DNA of 64,000 nt, taken from NCBI GenBank assembly GCA_035538515.1, contig DATLKF010000007.1:131438-195437 (forward strand). The letters run 5' to 3'. Numbering within the stretch: the first letter of the stretch is position 1; every line of letters begins with the position of its first letter. The stretch is from Gemmatimonadales bacterium (GTDB lineage: Bacteria > Gemmatimonadota > Gemmatimonadetes > Gemmatimonadales > GWC2-71-9). Below the pieces are notes generated by a model. The model saw nothing but the letters and a program-made list of their open reading frames with translations, ran no database searches and was not told where the DNA came from. This document shows, piece after piece, positions 1 to 7,302 of this stretch. The position numbers and the translations under genes are program-made.

Positions 1-1476
1 GCGGAACTGGCGCTGGCGCGTCACGCGACCAGCAAGATTCGGGACGCGACGGACCTGATCGGCGTGGGGACGTTCGGGTTCCGGGGGGAGGCGCTCCCCG
101 CCATCGCATCGGTGTCGCGGTTCGAGCTCGAGACCTCCGCCGACGGTCGCACCGGCACACGGGTACGCGCCACGGGTGGCAAGCGCGAAGGCGTCGACGA
201 GGTCGTGCGGCAGCGGGGCACCACGGTGACCGTGCGGGGATTGTTCTTCAATACGCCGGCCCGTCGGAAGTTCCTCCGCGCGCAAGCCACCGAGACCCGG
301 GCCGCCGCCGAGGCGCTCACGCTGCTTGCGCTGGCGCGGCCCGAGATCGCGTTCACGCTCACGAGCGACGACCGTCGCCTCCTCGACGTTCCTCCGGCCA
401 CCCGCGCGATTGACCGCATCCACGCGCTGTGGGGCCGGGACCTCGCGGACACGCTGGTGCCGGTCGCCCACCGGGAAGGACCGCTCGAGGTGCGGGGCTT
501 CGCGCAGCGACCCGCGCAGGCGAAGCCGGCGGGTCGTCGGGGGCATGTGTTCGTCCGAGGCCGTCCGATCCGCGATCCCTTCCTGCTGCGCGCCGCCGAG
601 GCCGGGTACCGCTCCACGATCACGCCTGGCGACCGCCCGTCCCTGCTGCTCTTCCTGGATCTGCCGGGGGATGCGGTCGACTTGAACGTCCACCCCGCCA
701 AGCTCGAGGTCCGGTTTCGCGACAAGTTCTTCGTGGAAAAGGTCGTCGAGGAAGCTGTGCGGCGGGCACTCGCGCCACTCGCGGCGGCGGCGCCGCTCGG
801 GGCAGGGACCGGGGACTCCGGACTCGGGGCTCGTGCGGCCTGGGACGGACTCTCCGTGCCCCTAGATCTGTTCCCCACGCACTCCCGAACCCCGAGCCCC
901 GAACCCCTAGCCCCGTCTCTGCTTCAGGTCTTCGACACCTATATCGTCTTCCAGGCCGACTCCGGCGTAGCGATCGTGGATCAGCACTCGGCGCACGAGC
1001 GGGTGCTGTACGAGCGGACCATGCGGCAGCTCACCGGTGACGGGGCGCCCGCGCAGCGGCTGCTCCTTCCCCTGACGCTCGAGTTCACGGCTGCCGAGCT
1101 CGAGGCGATCGACGCCCACCGCGAGCTGCTGCGCCGTGTCGGATACGAGGTGGAGCCGTTCTCCGGGCGCGCCGTCGTGATTCACACGGCGCCCAACCCG
1201 CATCCCCGCTTCGACGCGGCGCGCTGCTTCGGAGAGCTCGTCGCCGACCTGGCGGGTGGCCGGTTCGGCGGGCTCGCGAATCGCCTCGAGCGGTTCGCCG
1301 CGACCTACGCCTGTCGCGCCGCCATCAAGGCGGGTCAGCGGCTCGATGTCGACGAGATGCGCGACTTGGTGGCGCGGCTGCTCACGGTCACGCTGCCGGC
1401 GCACGACGTGCACGGGAGGCCCACCATCGTGCAGCTGCCGAAAGACGAGCTCGAGAGGCGATTTGGTCGAGCGTAA
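1..1476 (+). CDS. mutL: DNA mismatch repair protein MutL (5' end outside window)
   Basis: The frame is open from nt 1. The translation carries HATSKI, GFRGEAL, LFFNTPARRKF and C-terminal QRLLLPL motifs typical of MutL. Stop TAA 1474-1476. Confidence 0.92.
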   Translation, partial: AELALARHATSKIRDATDLIGVGTFGFRGEALPAIASVSRFELETSADGRTGTRVRATGGKREGVDEVVRQRGTTVTVRGLFFNTPARRKFLRAQATETRAAAEALTLLALARPEIAFTLTSDDRRLLDVPPATRAIDRIHALWGRDLADTLVPVAHREGPLEVRGFAQRPAQAKPAGRRGHVFVRGRPIRDPFLLRAAEAGYRSTITPGDRPSLLLFLDLPGDAVDLNVHPAKLEVRFRDKFFVEKVVEEAVRRALAPLAAAAPLGAGTGDSGLGARAAWDGLSVPLDLFPTHSRTPSPEPLAPSLLQVFDTYIVFQADSGVAIVDQHSAHERVLYERTMRQLTGDGAPAQRLLLPLTLEFTAAELEAIDAHRELLRRVGYEVEPFSGRAVVIHTAPNPHPRFDAARCFGELVADLAGGRFGGLANRLERFAATYACRAAIKAGQRLDVDEMRDLVARLLTVTLPAHDVHGRPTIVQLPKDELERRFGRA

Positions 1477-1477
1477 T

Positions 1478-1541
1478 GTCGGACCGTCGGACCGTCGGAC
1501 GGACCCGCGCCGATTACCGTCCGACCGTCCGACCGTCCGAC
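1478..1541. repeat. Octamer-unit palindrome filling the mutL-miaA spacer
   Basis: GTCGGACC GTCGGACC GTCGGACGG (1478-1502), a 14-nt loop, then CCGTCCGAC CGTCCGAC CGTCCGAC (1517-1541). 23 of 25 positions pair. Confidence 0.93.
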
Positions 1542-1543
1542 CA

Positions 1544-2488
1544 TTGATCCCCGTGCTCGTCGGACCGACGGCGGTCGGCAAGACCGCGGTCGCCGCCGCG
1601 TGGGCGGCACACGAGCCGATCGGCGTGATATCCGCCGACGCACGCCAGGTGTACCGGGGCCTGGACATCGGCACCGCGAAACCGTCCCCGGATGTGCTGG
1701 CTCGTGCGCCGCACCTGGGACTGGACGTCGTGGCGCCGGGAGAGCGCTATAGCGCCGGCCGGTTCGCTACGGACGCGGCGGCGTGGCTCGAGGAAATCCG
1801 CGGCACCGGACGCCAGCCGGTGATCGTCGGTGGGACCGGCTTGTACGTACGCGCCCTGGCGGATGGGCTGTTCCAGGAGCCGCCCCTCGACCCCGAGCGC
1901 CGCGAGCGGCTGCGTGGCTGGACGGCGGCCGCGCCGGCGGCGCGGCTCGCGCACTGGGCGGCCCGCCTGGACCGGCGCTTCGCCGGAGGCGGCCGCCAGC
2001 GGGCGGCGCGGGCAGTCGAGGTGGCGCTCTTGACGGGTCGGGGGCTCACGTGGTGGCAGCATCACGCGCGCGACAGCGGCGCCATGCGGCCCTGGTACAT
2101 TCATCTCACGCTGCCGCGAGAGGCGCTGCACCGCCGCCTCGCGGAGCGCGTGGACGCGATGCTCACAGCGGGGTGGGTGGACGAAGTGCGTCGGGTATTG
2201 GCGGCCGGCGCGGCGGCCGGGGCTCCCGGCCTCGATGCCGTGGGCTATCGTGAGATCATCGCGATGCTCGCCGGCCGGCTTCCCGAGCGCGAGCTGAGAG
2301 AAGCCATCCTCGTGGCGACACGGCGCTACGCCAAACGGCAGGAAACGTGGTTCAGAAATCAACTGCGTCCTCAGTCCTCAGTCGTCAGTCGTCAGGAGGC
2401 CGTCTGGACATTGGACGCCACCGGCGCGCCGGACTGGATCGCCCGCCAGATTCACGAGCGTTGGACCGTCGTCAAGGCAGGTGACTGA
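1544..2488 (+). CDS. miaA: tRNA dimethylallyltransferase MiaA
   Basis: P-loop GPTAVGKT, QVYRGLDIGTAKP, GGTGLY and RQETWFR motifs. The ORF-track start at 1256 overlaps mutL out of frame, so the start is placed at TTG 1544 (alternative GTG 1553), right after the palindrome. Confidence 0.85.
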   Translation: MIPVLVGPTAVGKTAVAAAWAAHEPIGVISADARQVYRGLDIGTAKPSPDVLARAPHLGLDVVAPGERYSAGRFATDAAAWLEEIRGTGRQPVIVGGTGLYVRALADGLFQEPPLDPERRERLRGWTAAAPAARLAHWAARLDRRFAGGGRQRAARAVEVALLTGRGLTWWQHHARDSGAMRPWYIHLTLPREALHRRLAERVDAMLTAGWVDEVRRVLAAGAAAGAPGLDAVGYREIIAMLAGRLPERELREAILVATRRYAKRQETWFRNQLRPQSSVVSRQEAVWTLDATGAPDWIARQIHERWTVVKAGD

Positions 2489-2530
2489 TGACTGATAACT
2501 GACGACTGATAACTGACGACTGACGACTCC
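2369..2530. repeat. Heptamer-unit palindrome bracketing the miaA 3' end (left arm coding, right arm spans the stop and the spacer to bshA)
   Basis: The left arm is CCTCAGT CCTCAGT CGTCAGT CGTCAGG (2369-2396). The right arm has 7 heptamers, GACTGAT GACTGAT AACTGAC GACTGAT AACTGAC GACTGAC GACTCC, within 2481-2530. The arms are 84 nt apart. Confidence 0.88.
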
Positions 2531-2531
2531 C

Positions 2532-3659
2532 ATGCGCATCGGCATCACCTGTTACCCGACCTACGGCGGCTCCGGCGCGGTGGCCACCGAGCTCGGGCTC
2601 GAGCTCGCCCGCCGCGGGCACGAGGTGCACTTCGTCTCCTACGCCAGTCCATTCCGGCTGCGGGGATACGTGGAGCGCGTGACGTTCCACGAGGTCACGC
2701 AGACCGAATACCCGCTGTTCGAGCAATCCTCGCCGTATGCGTTGGCGCTGGCGGTCAAGCAGCATGAAGTCGCGATGCGCGAGCGACTCGATCTCATGCA
2801 CGTGCATTACGCCATCCCGCACGCCGCCACCGCATGGCTCGCGAAGCAGATGCTCAAGGGGGAACGGGACCTGAAGCTCGTGACCACGCTGCACGGCACC
2901 GACATCACCCTGGTGGGCCAAGATCCGTCGTACTTCACCCTGACCAAGTTCTCCATCGAGCAGTCGGATCGCGTGACCGCAGTCTCGGAGTTTCTCCGTA
3001 CGGAGACGTACCGTGCCTTCGGATGCGATGGCTGCGACGTCATCGTGATTCCCAACTTCGTCTCGCCCGCCGAGTATCACCCGCCCAGCGATGCGACATG
3101 TCGTGGCTCGCTCGCGCCCGCGGACCACAAGGTGCTGGTGCACGTCTCGAATTTCCGACCGGTCAAGCGCGTGACGGACGTGGTGCGCGTGTTCGCGGGC
3201 GTGCGGCGCGAGATCCCGGCCACACTGGTGCTCGTCGGGGACGGCCCCGATCGCGATGCAGCGGAGCAGGAAGTCGATCGCCTCAAGATCCGCCGCGATG
3301 TCCGCTTCCTCGGGAAGGTCGACAACGTCGGCGACATCCTGCGGGGCTGCGATCTGTTCCTGCTGCCGTCCGAGACGGAGTCGTTCGGCCTCGCGGCACT
3401 GGAAGCCATGGCCTGCGCGGTCCCGGTCGTCGCGAGCGCCGTGGGGGGCCTGCCGGAGGTCGTGGTGGACGGGGAGACCGGCTTCCTTACCCCCGCGGGA
3501 GACGTCGCCGCCATGATCGGTCACGCGACCCGCGTGTTGCGCGACGCCGCGTTGCACGCCCGGCTGCGCAACGCGGCCGCCCGCCGCGCCGTGGAGTTCG
3601 CAGCAGAGCGCGTCGTCCCGCGCTACGAGCGGCTGTACGAAGAGGTCTTGCGTGCTTGA
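2532..3659 (+). CDS. bshA: GT4 glycosyltransferase, N-acetyl-alpha-D-glucosaminyl L-malate synthase BshA-like
   Basis: N-terminus RIGITCYPTYGGSGAVATELGLELARRGHEVHF, HVHYAIPHA, TLHGTDIT and a C-terminal E(x7)E-type motif (ESFGLAALEAMACAVP) match my recollection of Bacillus BshA along the whole length. Confidence 0.78.
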   Translation: MRIGITCYPTYGGSGAVATELGLELARRGHEVHFVSYASPFRLRGYVERVTFHEVTQTEYPLFEQSSPYALALAVKQHEVAMRERLDLMHVHYAIPHAATAWLAKQMLKGERDLKLVTTLHGTDITLVGQDPSYFTLTKFSIEQSDRVTAVSEFLRTETYRAFGCDGCDVIVIPNFVSPAEYHPPSDATCRGSLAPADHKVLVHVSNFRPVKRVTDVVRVFAGVRREIPATLVLVGDGPDRDAAEQEVDRLKIRRDVRFLGKVDNVGDILRGCDLFLLPSETESFGLAALEAMACAVPVVASAVGGLPEVVVDGETGFLTPAGDVAAMIGHATRVLRDAALHARLRNAAARRAVEFAAERVVPRYERLYEEVLRA

Positions 3660-4476
3660 CCTCCTGCGGCTCGTCCGGGTTCAGAACCTGCTAGTCGCCG
3701 CGGTCGGGGTGTTGGCCGGTGGGTGGATCGGGCTCGGCGCCCTGGTCACGCCCGGCGTCCTGGCGCTCGCGGCACTCGCGGCCGTCGGATTCGGAGCGGC
3801 CGGTAACGCGCTCAACGATCTCTGGGACAGCGCCGCCGACCGGATCAACCGGCCGGGCGGAGAGCGTCCGCTCGCCTCGGGTCGCTTGGCGCGCGGCACC
3901 GCCGACCTGTGCGTCGCTGGCGGGACGTTGCTGGGCTTCGCCGCCGCGGCGCTCGTGAGCGGAACCGCGGTCCTGGTCGGCGCCGCGGCGCTCGCGGTGC
4001 TGGCGCTCTACTCTCCGGTGCTCAAGGCGCGCGGCTTCCCCGGTAATCTGGCGGTGGCGATCATCGCCGGCCTGCCGCTCGAGTATGGCGCCATCGCGGT
4101 CGGTCACGCGGCGGCGGGGATAGTGCCCTGGATTCTTGCCGGGTGGATTCATCTGGTGCGCGAGATCGTGAAGGACGTGGATGACCAGGAGGGCGACCGG
4201 GCACTCGGTCGCCGGACGCTCCCGCTGGTTTTGGGCCCCCGGCGCGCCACGGTGATCGCTGCGGTGTTAGCCGCGGTGTTCGTTCCGCTGTCGCTCGCCC
4301 TGCCCGCGTGGGCGAACTACCGCGGCGCCTATTTTCTGATCGCGCTGTTTGCACAGCTAGTGGTGCTGGCGGTGGCCAGCCGGCTGTTTTCCGGTCGCAT
4401 AAAGGGGAACAGTCGCCTGCTGAAGGGAGCGATGCTTGTGGGGATGGTGGCCCTCGTCGCGGGACGGGTGATATGA
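3652..4476 (+). CDS. UbiA-family prenyltransferase (polytopic membrane protein)
   Basis: Asp-rich motifs NDLWDSAADRINRP and KDVDDQEGD, with multiple hydrophobic helices. Overlaps the bshA stop by 8 nt. Confidence 0.7.
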   Translation: MLDLLRLVRVQNLLVAAVGVLAGGWIGLGALVTPGVLALAALAAVGFGAAGNALNDLWDSAADRINRPGGERPLASGRLARGTADLCVAGGTLLGFAAAALVSGTAVLVGAAALAVLALYSPVLKARGFPGNLAVAIIAGLPLEYGAIAVGHAAAGIVPWILAGWIHLVREIVKDVDDQEGDRALGRRTLPLVLGPRRATVIAAVLAAVFVPLSLALPAWANYRGAYFLIALFAQLVVLAVASRLFSGRIKGNSRLLKGAMLVGMVALVAGRVI

Positions 4477-5255
4477 CCATGTGGCAGGGAATCGTTCTGG
4501 GACTGGTGCAGGGGCTCACGGAGTTCCTCCCGGTCTCGAGCTCCGGGCATTTGCGCGTGCTCGAGGTGGTCGCGGGAGTCCATGCGCCCGGTGTCTTCGT
4601 GGAGGTGAGCCTGCACGTGGCGACGTTGGGGTCGGTGCTCGTCGTTTACGGGCGGCGCCTGTGGAGCATCGTGCGCGGGGCGCTGGTGCGACAACCGGCC
4701 GATCTGCGGACGGCGGGCTTGCTCGCGATCGCGACGCTGCCGGCTGGCGTCATCGGGGTCATGTTCCACCGGCAAGTCGAGGCAGCAGCATCACTGCTGC
4801 TCGTCGGCGCGGGATTCATGGTGACGGGTTTCATGAACTGGTCCACTCGCGGGCGGGCCGGTAGCCGCCTGGAGCCCACGGTCGCGGTTGCCACGGGGAT
4901 CGGGTTCGCGCAAGCGCTGGCGGCGGTATTCCGCGGCGTCTCTCGGTCGGGGTCGACCGTGTGCGCAGCCCTATGGGGCGGCCTCGGCCCGGCGGCCGCC
5001 GCGGAGTTCAGCTTCCTGCTCGCGGTTCCGGTGATCGCCGGCGCCGCTCTGGTCGAAGGACGGCACATGGCGGTGAGCGTCGCGGCGGTCGGGGCGGCAC
5101 CGCTGGCGCTGAGCTTCGTCCTCGCGTTTGCGAGTGGGATCTGGTCCATCCGGTTTCTCGTGGCGCTGCTCCAGCGAGGCCGGTTCTACACGTTCGCGCC
5201 GTACAACTGGGCCATCGGCCTGCTGACGATCGCGTACGCGCTGTGGCGCGGCTGA
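4473..5255 (+). CDS. uppP: undecaprenyl-diphosphate phosphatase UppP/BacA
   Basis: Hallmark EFLPVSSSGHL near the N-terminus and a polytopic membrane profile. ATG 4473 forms an ATGA overlap with the upstream stop. The upstream part of ORF 4308.. overlaps the previous gene. Confidence 0.87.
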   Translation: MTMWQGIVLGLVQGLTEFLPVSSSGHLRVLEVVAGVHAPGVFVEVSLHVATLGSVLVVYGRRLWSIVRGALVRQPADLRTAGLLAIATLPAGVIGVMFHRQVEAAASLLLVGAGFMVTGFMNWSTRGRAGSRLEPTVAVATGIGFAQALAAVFRGVSRSGSTVCAALWGGLGPAAAAEFSFLLAVPVIAGAALVEGRHMAVSVAAVGAAPLALSFVLAFASGIWSIRFLVALLQRGRFYTFAPYNWAIGLLTIAYALWRG

Positions 5256-5995
5256 CGCTCGACGGCGTCCCGGCCGCGGATCTCGCCGCCCGCTGGGGTG
5301 TGCCGCAATGCGGACTCTTTCGCCGGCTCGACTCGACCCTGACGGCAGTGCACGATCTCGCCCCGCAAGGAGCGCCCGCGGGCACGCTGGTGATCGCCGA
5401 AGAGCAGACCGCCGGCCGTGGACGGGACGGCCGCACCTGGCACTCCCCTCCGGGCGGCGTCTGGCTCGGCATGCTGCTGCGCCCGGCACGTGGCGAGCTC
5501 GCGGTCCTGTCCGTCCGCGTGGGGCTCGCCGTCGCCGACGCGGTGGACGCCCTGCTCGGCCGGGTCGAGACGCAGCTCAAGTGGCCGAACGACGTCGTGC
5601 TGGGAGAGCGCAAGCTCGCGGGAATCCTGTGCGAGGGCCGCTGGCACGGCGAGACACTGCAATGGCTGGCGCTCGGCGTAGGGATGAACGTCTGCAACCC
5701 GATCCCCGTCGCCGTGGCGCGCCAAGCGGTGGCGCTGAGCGAATGGCTCCCGTCCGTGCAGCGGCTCGACGTGCTGGATCGCTTGGTGCCAGCGCTTCAC
5801 GAGCTGACAGTCGGCGATCCCGCGCTGAGTGAGCGCGAGTGCGCGGCGTTCGCGGCGCGCGACTGGTTGCTGGGTCGCCAGTTACGGTCGCCGGCCGCCG
5901 GTCGCGCGCGTGGCCTCCGCCCCGACGGCGCCCTGCTCGTCGATCTCGGGGCGGCGACGGTGGCCGTGCGGGAGGGGCATGTGGAGCTGGCATAA
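5243..5995 (+). CDS. birA: biotin--[acetyl-CoA-carboxylase] ligase BirA (no HTH domain)
   Basis: GRGRDGRTWHSPPGG and KWPNDV...KLAGILCE motifs. Start inferred at in-frame GTG 5243 (13-nt overlap with uppP). The start is uncertain. Confidence 0.75.
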   Translation: MARLTLDGVPAADLAARWGVPQCGLFRRLDSTLTAVHDLAPQGAPAGTLVIAEEQTAGRGRDGRTWHSPPGGVWLGMLLRPARGELAVLSVRVGLAVADAVDALLGRVETQLKWPNDVVLGERKLAGILCEGRWHGETLQWLALGVGMNVCNPIPVAVARQAVALSEWLPSVQRLDVLDRLVPALHELTVGDPALSERECAAFAARDWLLGRQLRSPAAGRARGLRPDGALLVDLGAATVAVREGHVELA

Positions 5996-6024
5996 GAGGG
6001 CGGGAGAGGTCGGTAGAGGTCGGG
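5995..6024. repeat. Left arm of decamer palindrome: 3 tandem copies of AGAGGKCGGK
   Basis: Read directly: AGAGGGCGGG AGAGGTCGGT AGAGGTCGGG, beginning on the last base of the birA stop codon. It is the reverse complement of the array at 6471-6510. Confidence 0.9.
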
Positions 6025-6105
6025 CGGGCTTCGATCCGCGTCTTTCCGCCACCTTGTGCGACGATTCGATCCCTGTCTTGGTAACCCCGGCGTTACGTTG
6101 CTGCC

Positions 6106-6468
6106 ATGCCACCCTATGAGTCGCTTCGAGCATGGCAGGAATGTCATAAGCTCGTCCTCGAGACTTATGGCGTCACGAAGTCGTTTCCGAGGGAAGAGAC
6201 CTACGGCTTGACCTCCCAGGCCCGACGGGCTGCGTTCTCGGCGGCTGCGAACATTGTCGAGGGATCAGCCAAGCGCGGCGTTCGCGAGTGTCGTCGTTTT
6301 CTCAACGTCACCATCGGCTCGCTGGCAGAGCTCGGCTATACGTTTCGCGTTGCACGAGAACTCGGGATCGTGACAAACCGGGAGTGGGAGACTCTGACGG
6401 ATCTGCAAAAGCGCGCCGGGTTTCTCACGTGGCGGCTGTATCGGTCGTTGGACCCCGGCGGCCATTGA
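6106..6468 (+). CDS. four-helix-bundle protein (23S rRNA intervening-sequence protein / TIGR02436-PF05635-like)
   Basis: 120 aa. YESLRAWQECHKLVLETY...TSQARRAAFSAAANIVEGSAKRG..E..RFLNVTIGSLAELGYTF is the characteristic pattern of this family. The gene is visibly lower in GC than its neighbours. Confidence 0.8.
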   Translation: MPPYESLRAWQECHKLVLETYGVTKSFPREETYGLTSQARRAAFSAAANIVEGSAKRGVRECRRFLNVTIGSLAELGYTFRVARELGIVTNREWETLTDLQKRAGFLTWRLYRSLDPGGH

Positions 6469-6470
6469 TA

Positions 6471-6510
6471 CCGACCTCTGCCGACCTCTACCGACCTCTA
6501 CCGACCTCTG
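6471..6510. repeat. Right arm of decamer palindrome: 4 tandem copies of CCGACCTCTR
   Basis: Read directly: CCGACCTCTG CCGACCTCTA CCGACCTCTA CCGACCTCTG, starting 2 nt after the stop of the four-helix-bundle gene. Confidence 0.92.
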
Positions 6511-6522
6511 TAGCTTTGCTCC

Positions 6523-7302
6523 ATGCTCCTCGCCATCAACATCAACAACACCGAAACGAAAGTCGGCCTGTTTCGGGGCGACAGCCTCGAGGCCCATTGG
6601 CGGCTCACGACCACGCCCTCCCGCACACCCGACGAGTGGGCGACCGCGCTCACGCAGTACCTGGCGCAAGAAGGCTGGTCGACTCAGGAGGTTCGAGCGG
6701 CGGTGGTCGCCTCCGTAGTGCCGCCGGTCACCCAAGGACTGTGCGAGGCGGTGGAACGCGCCACCACCGTGCGGCCGGTGGTCGTGGACGGCCGCTCGCC
6801 GCTGCCCATCACGCTCGACGTCGAGGAGCCGTTGCAGGTGGGCGCGGATCGCATCCTCAACACGCTCGCGGCGGCGCAGCTGTTCCGGCGTGACACCATC
6901 GTCGTGGACTTCGGCACCGCGACGACGTTCGACTGCATCACCGCCGACGGTCACTTCCTGGGCGGCGTGATCATGCCCGGCATCCGCACTGCGTCGGACG
7001 CCCTAATCCGCGGAACCGCCAAGCTGCCCGCCACGGACCTCACGCCTCCCGCGCACACCATTGGGCGTCGCACCGACGAGGCGATCCGCGCCGGCGTGCT
7101 GCTGGGCACCGCCGACGCGGTAGATGGGATCGTGCGCCGCATCAAGGCCGAATGGCCTAAGGGCGCCACGCCCCAGGTGATCGCGACCGGCGGACTGGCG
7201 AATCTCGTGGCGCCCCTCGTTCGCGGGATCGAGTCGGTACATCCTGACCTCACCCTTACGGGGCTTCGCATCGCCGCGACGGCGCTCGAGCTGACGTGGT
7301 AG
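6523..7302 (+). CDS. coaX: type III pantothenate kinase CoaX
   Basis: N-terminal LLAININNTETKVGLF, VVDFGTATTFD and ATGGLA motifs of the type III PanK/ASKHA fold. Confidence 0.87.
   Translation: MLLAININNTETKVGLFRGDSLEAHWRLTTTPSRTPDEWATALTQYLAQEGWSTQEVRAAVVASVVPPVTQGLCEAVERATTVRPVVVDGRSPLPITLDVEEPLQVGADRILNTLAAAQLFRRDTIVVDFGTATTFDCITADGHFLGGVIMPGIRTASDALIRGTAKLPATDLTPPAHTIGRRTDEAIRAGVLLGTADAVDGIVRRIKAEWPKGATPQVIATGGLANLVAPLVRGIESVHPDLTLTGLRIAATALELTW

Noticed and set aside
21-878. Long antisense or out-of-frame ORFs throughout the six-frame track. Examples: 21..878(-) opposite mutL, 11093..12337(-) opposite groEL, 37336..38319(-), and 38924..40462(-) opposite infB.
   Set aside because: Each lies opposite or out of frame to a gene with strong family motifs. 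The translations are Arg/Pro/Gly/Ala-rich low-complexity strings, typical of stop-codon-poor frames in about 70% GC DNA.
1256-1543. N-terminal extensions of ORF-track entries. Examples: 1256.. for miaA, 4308.. for uppP, 4961.. for birA, 24343.. for uvrD, 27742.. for gatB, 41628.. for ribF, 48559.. for the M20 peptidase and 61987.. for the lipid kinase.
   Set aside because: The extensions overlap the preceding well-supported gene in another frame and translate to Arg-rich nonsense. Internal GTG/ATG/TTG codons at the upstream stop give N-termini that match the families.
6106-6468. The four-helix-bundle gene as the Avd component of a diversity-generating retroelement.
   Set aside because: No reverse transcriptase gene and no template/variable repeat pair are visible anywhere near it. 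The flanking genes are birA and coaX.
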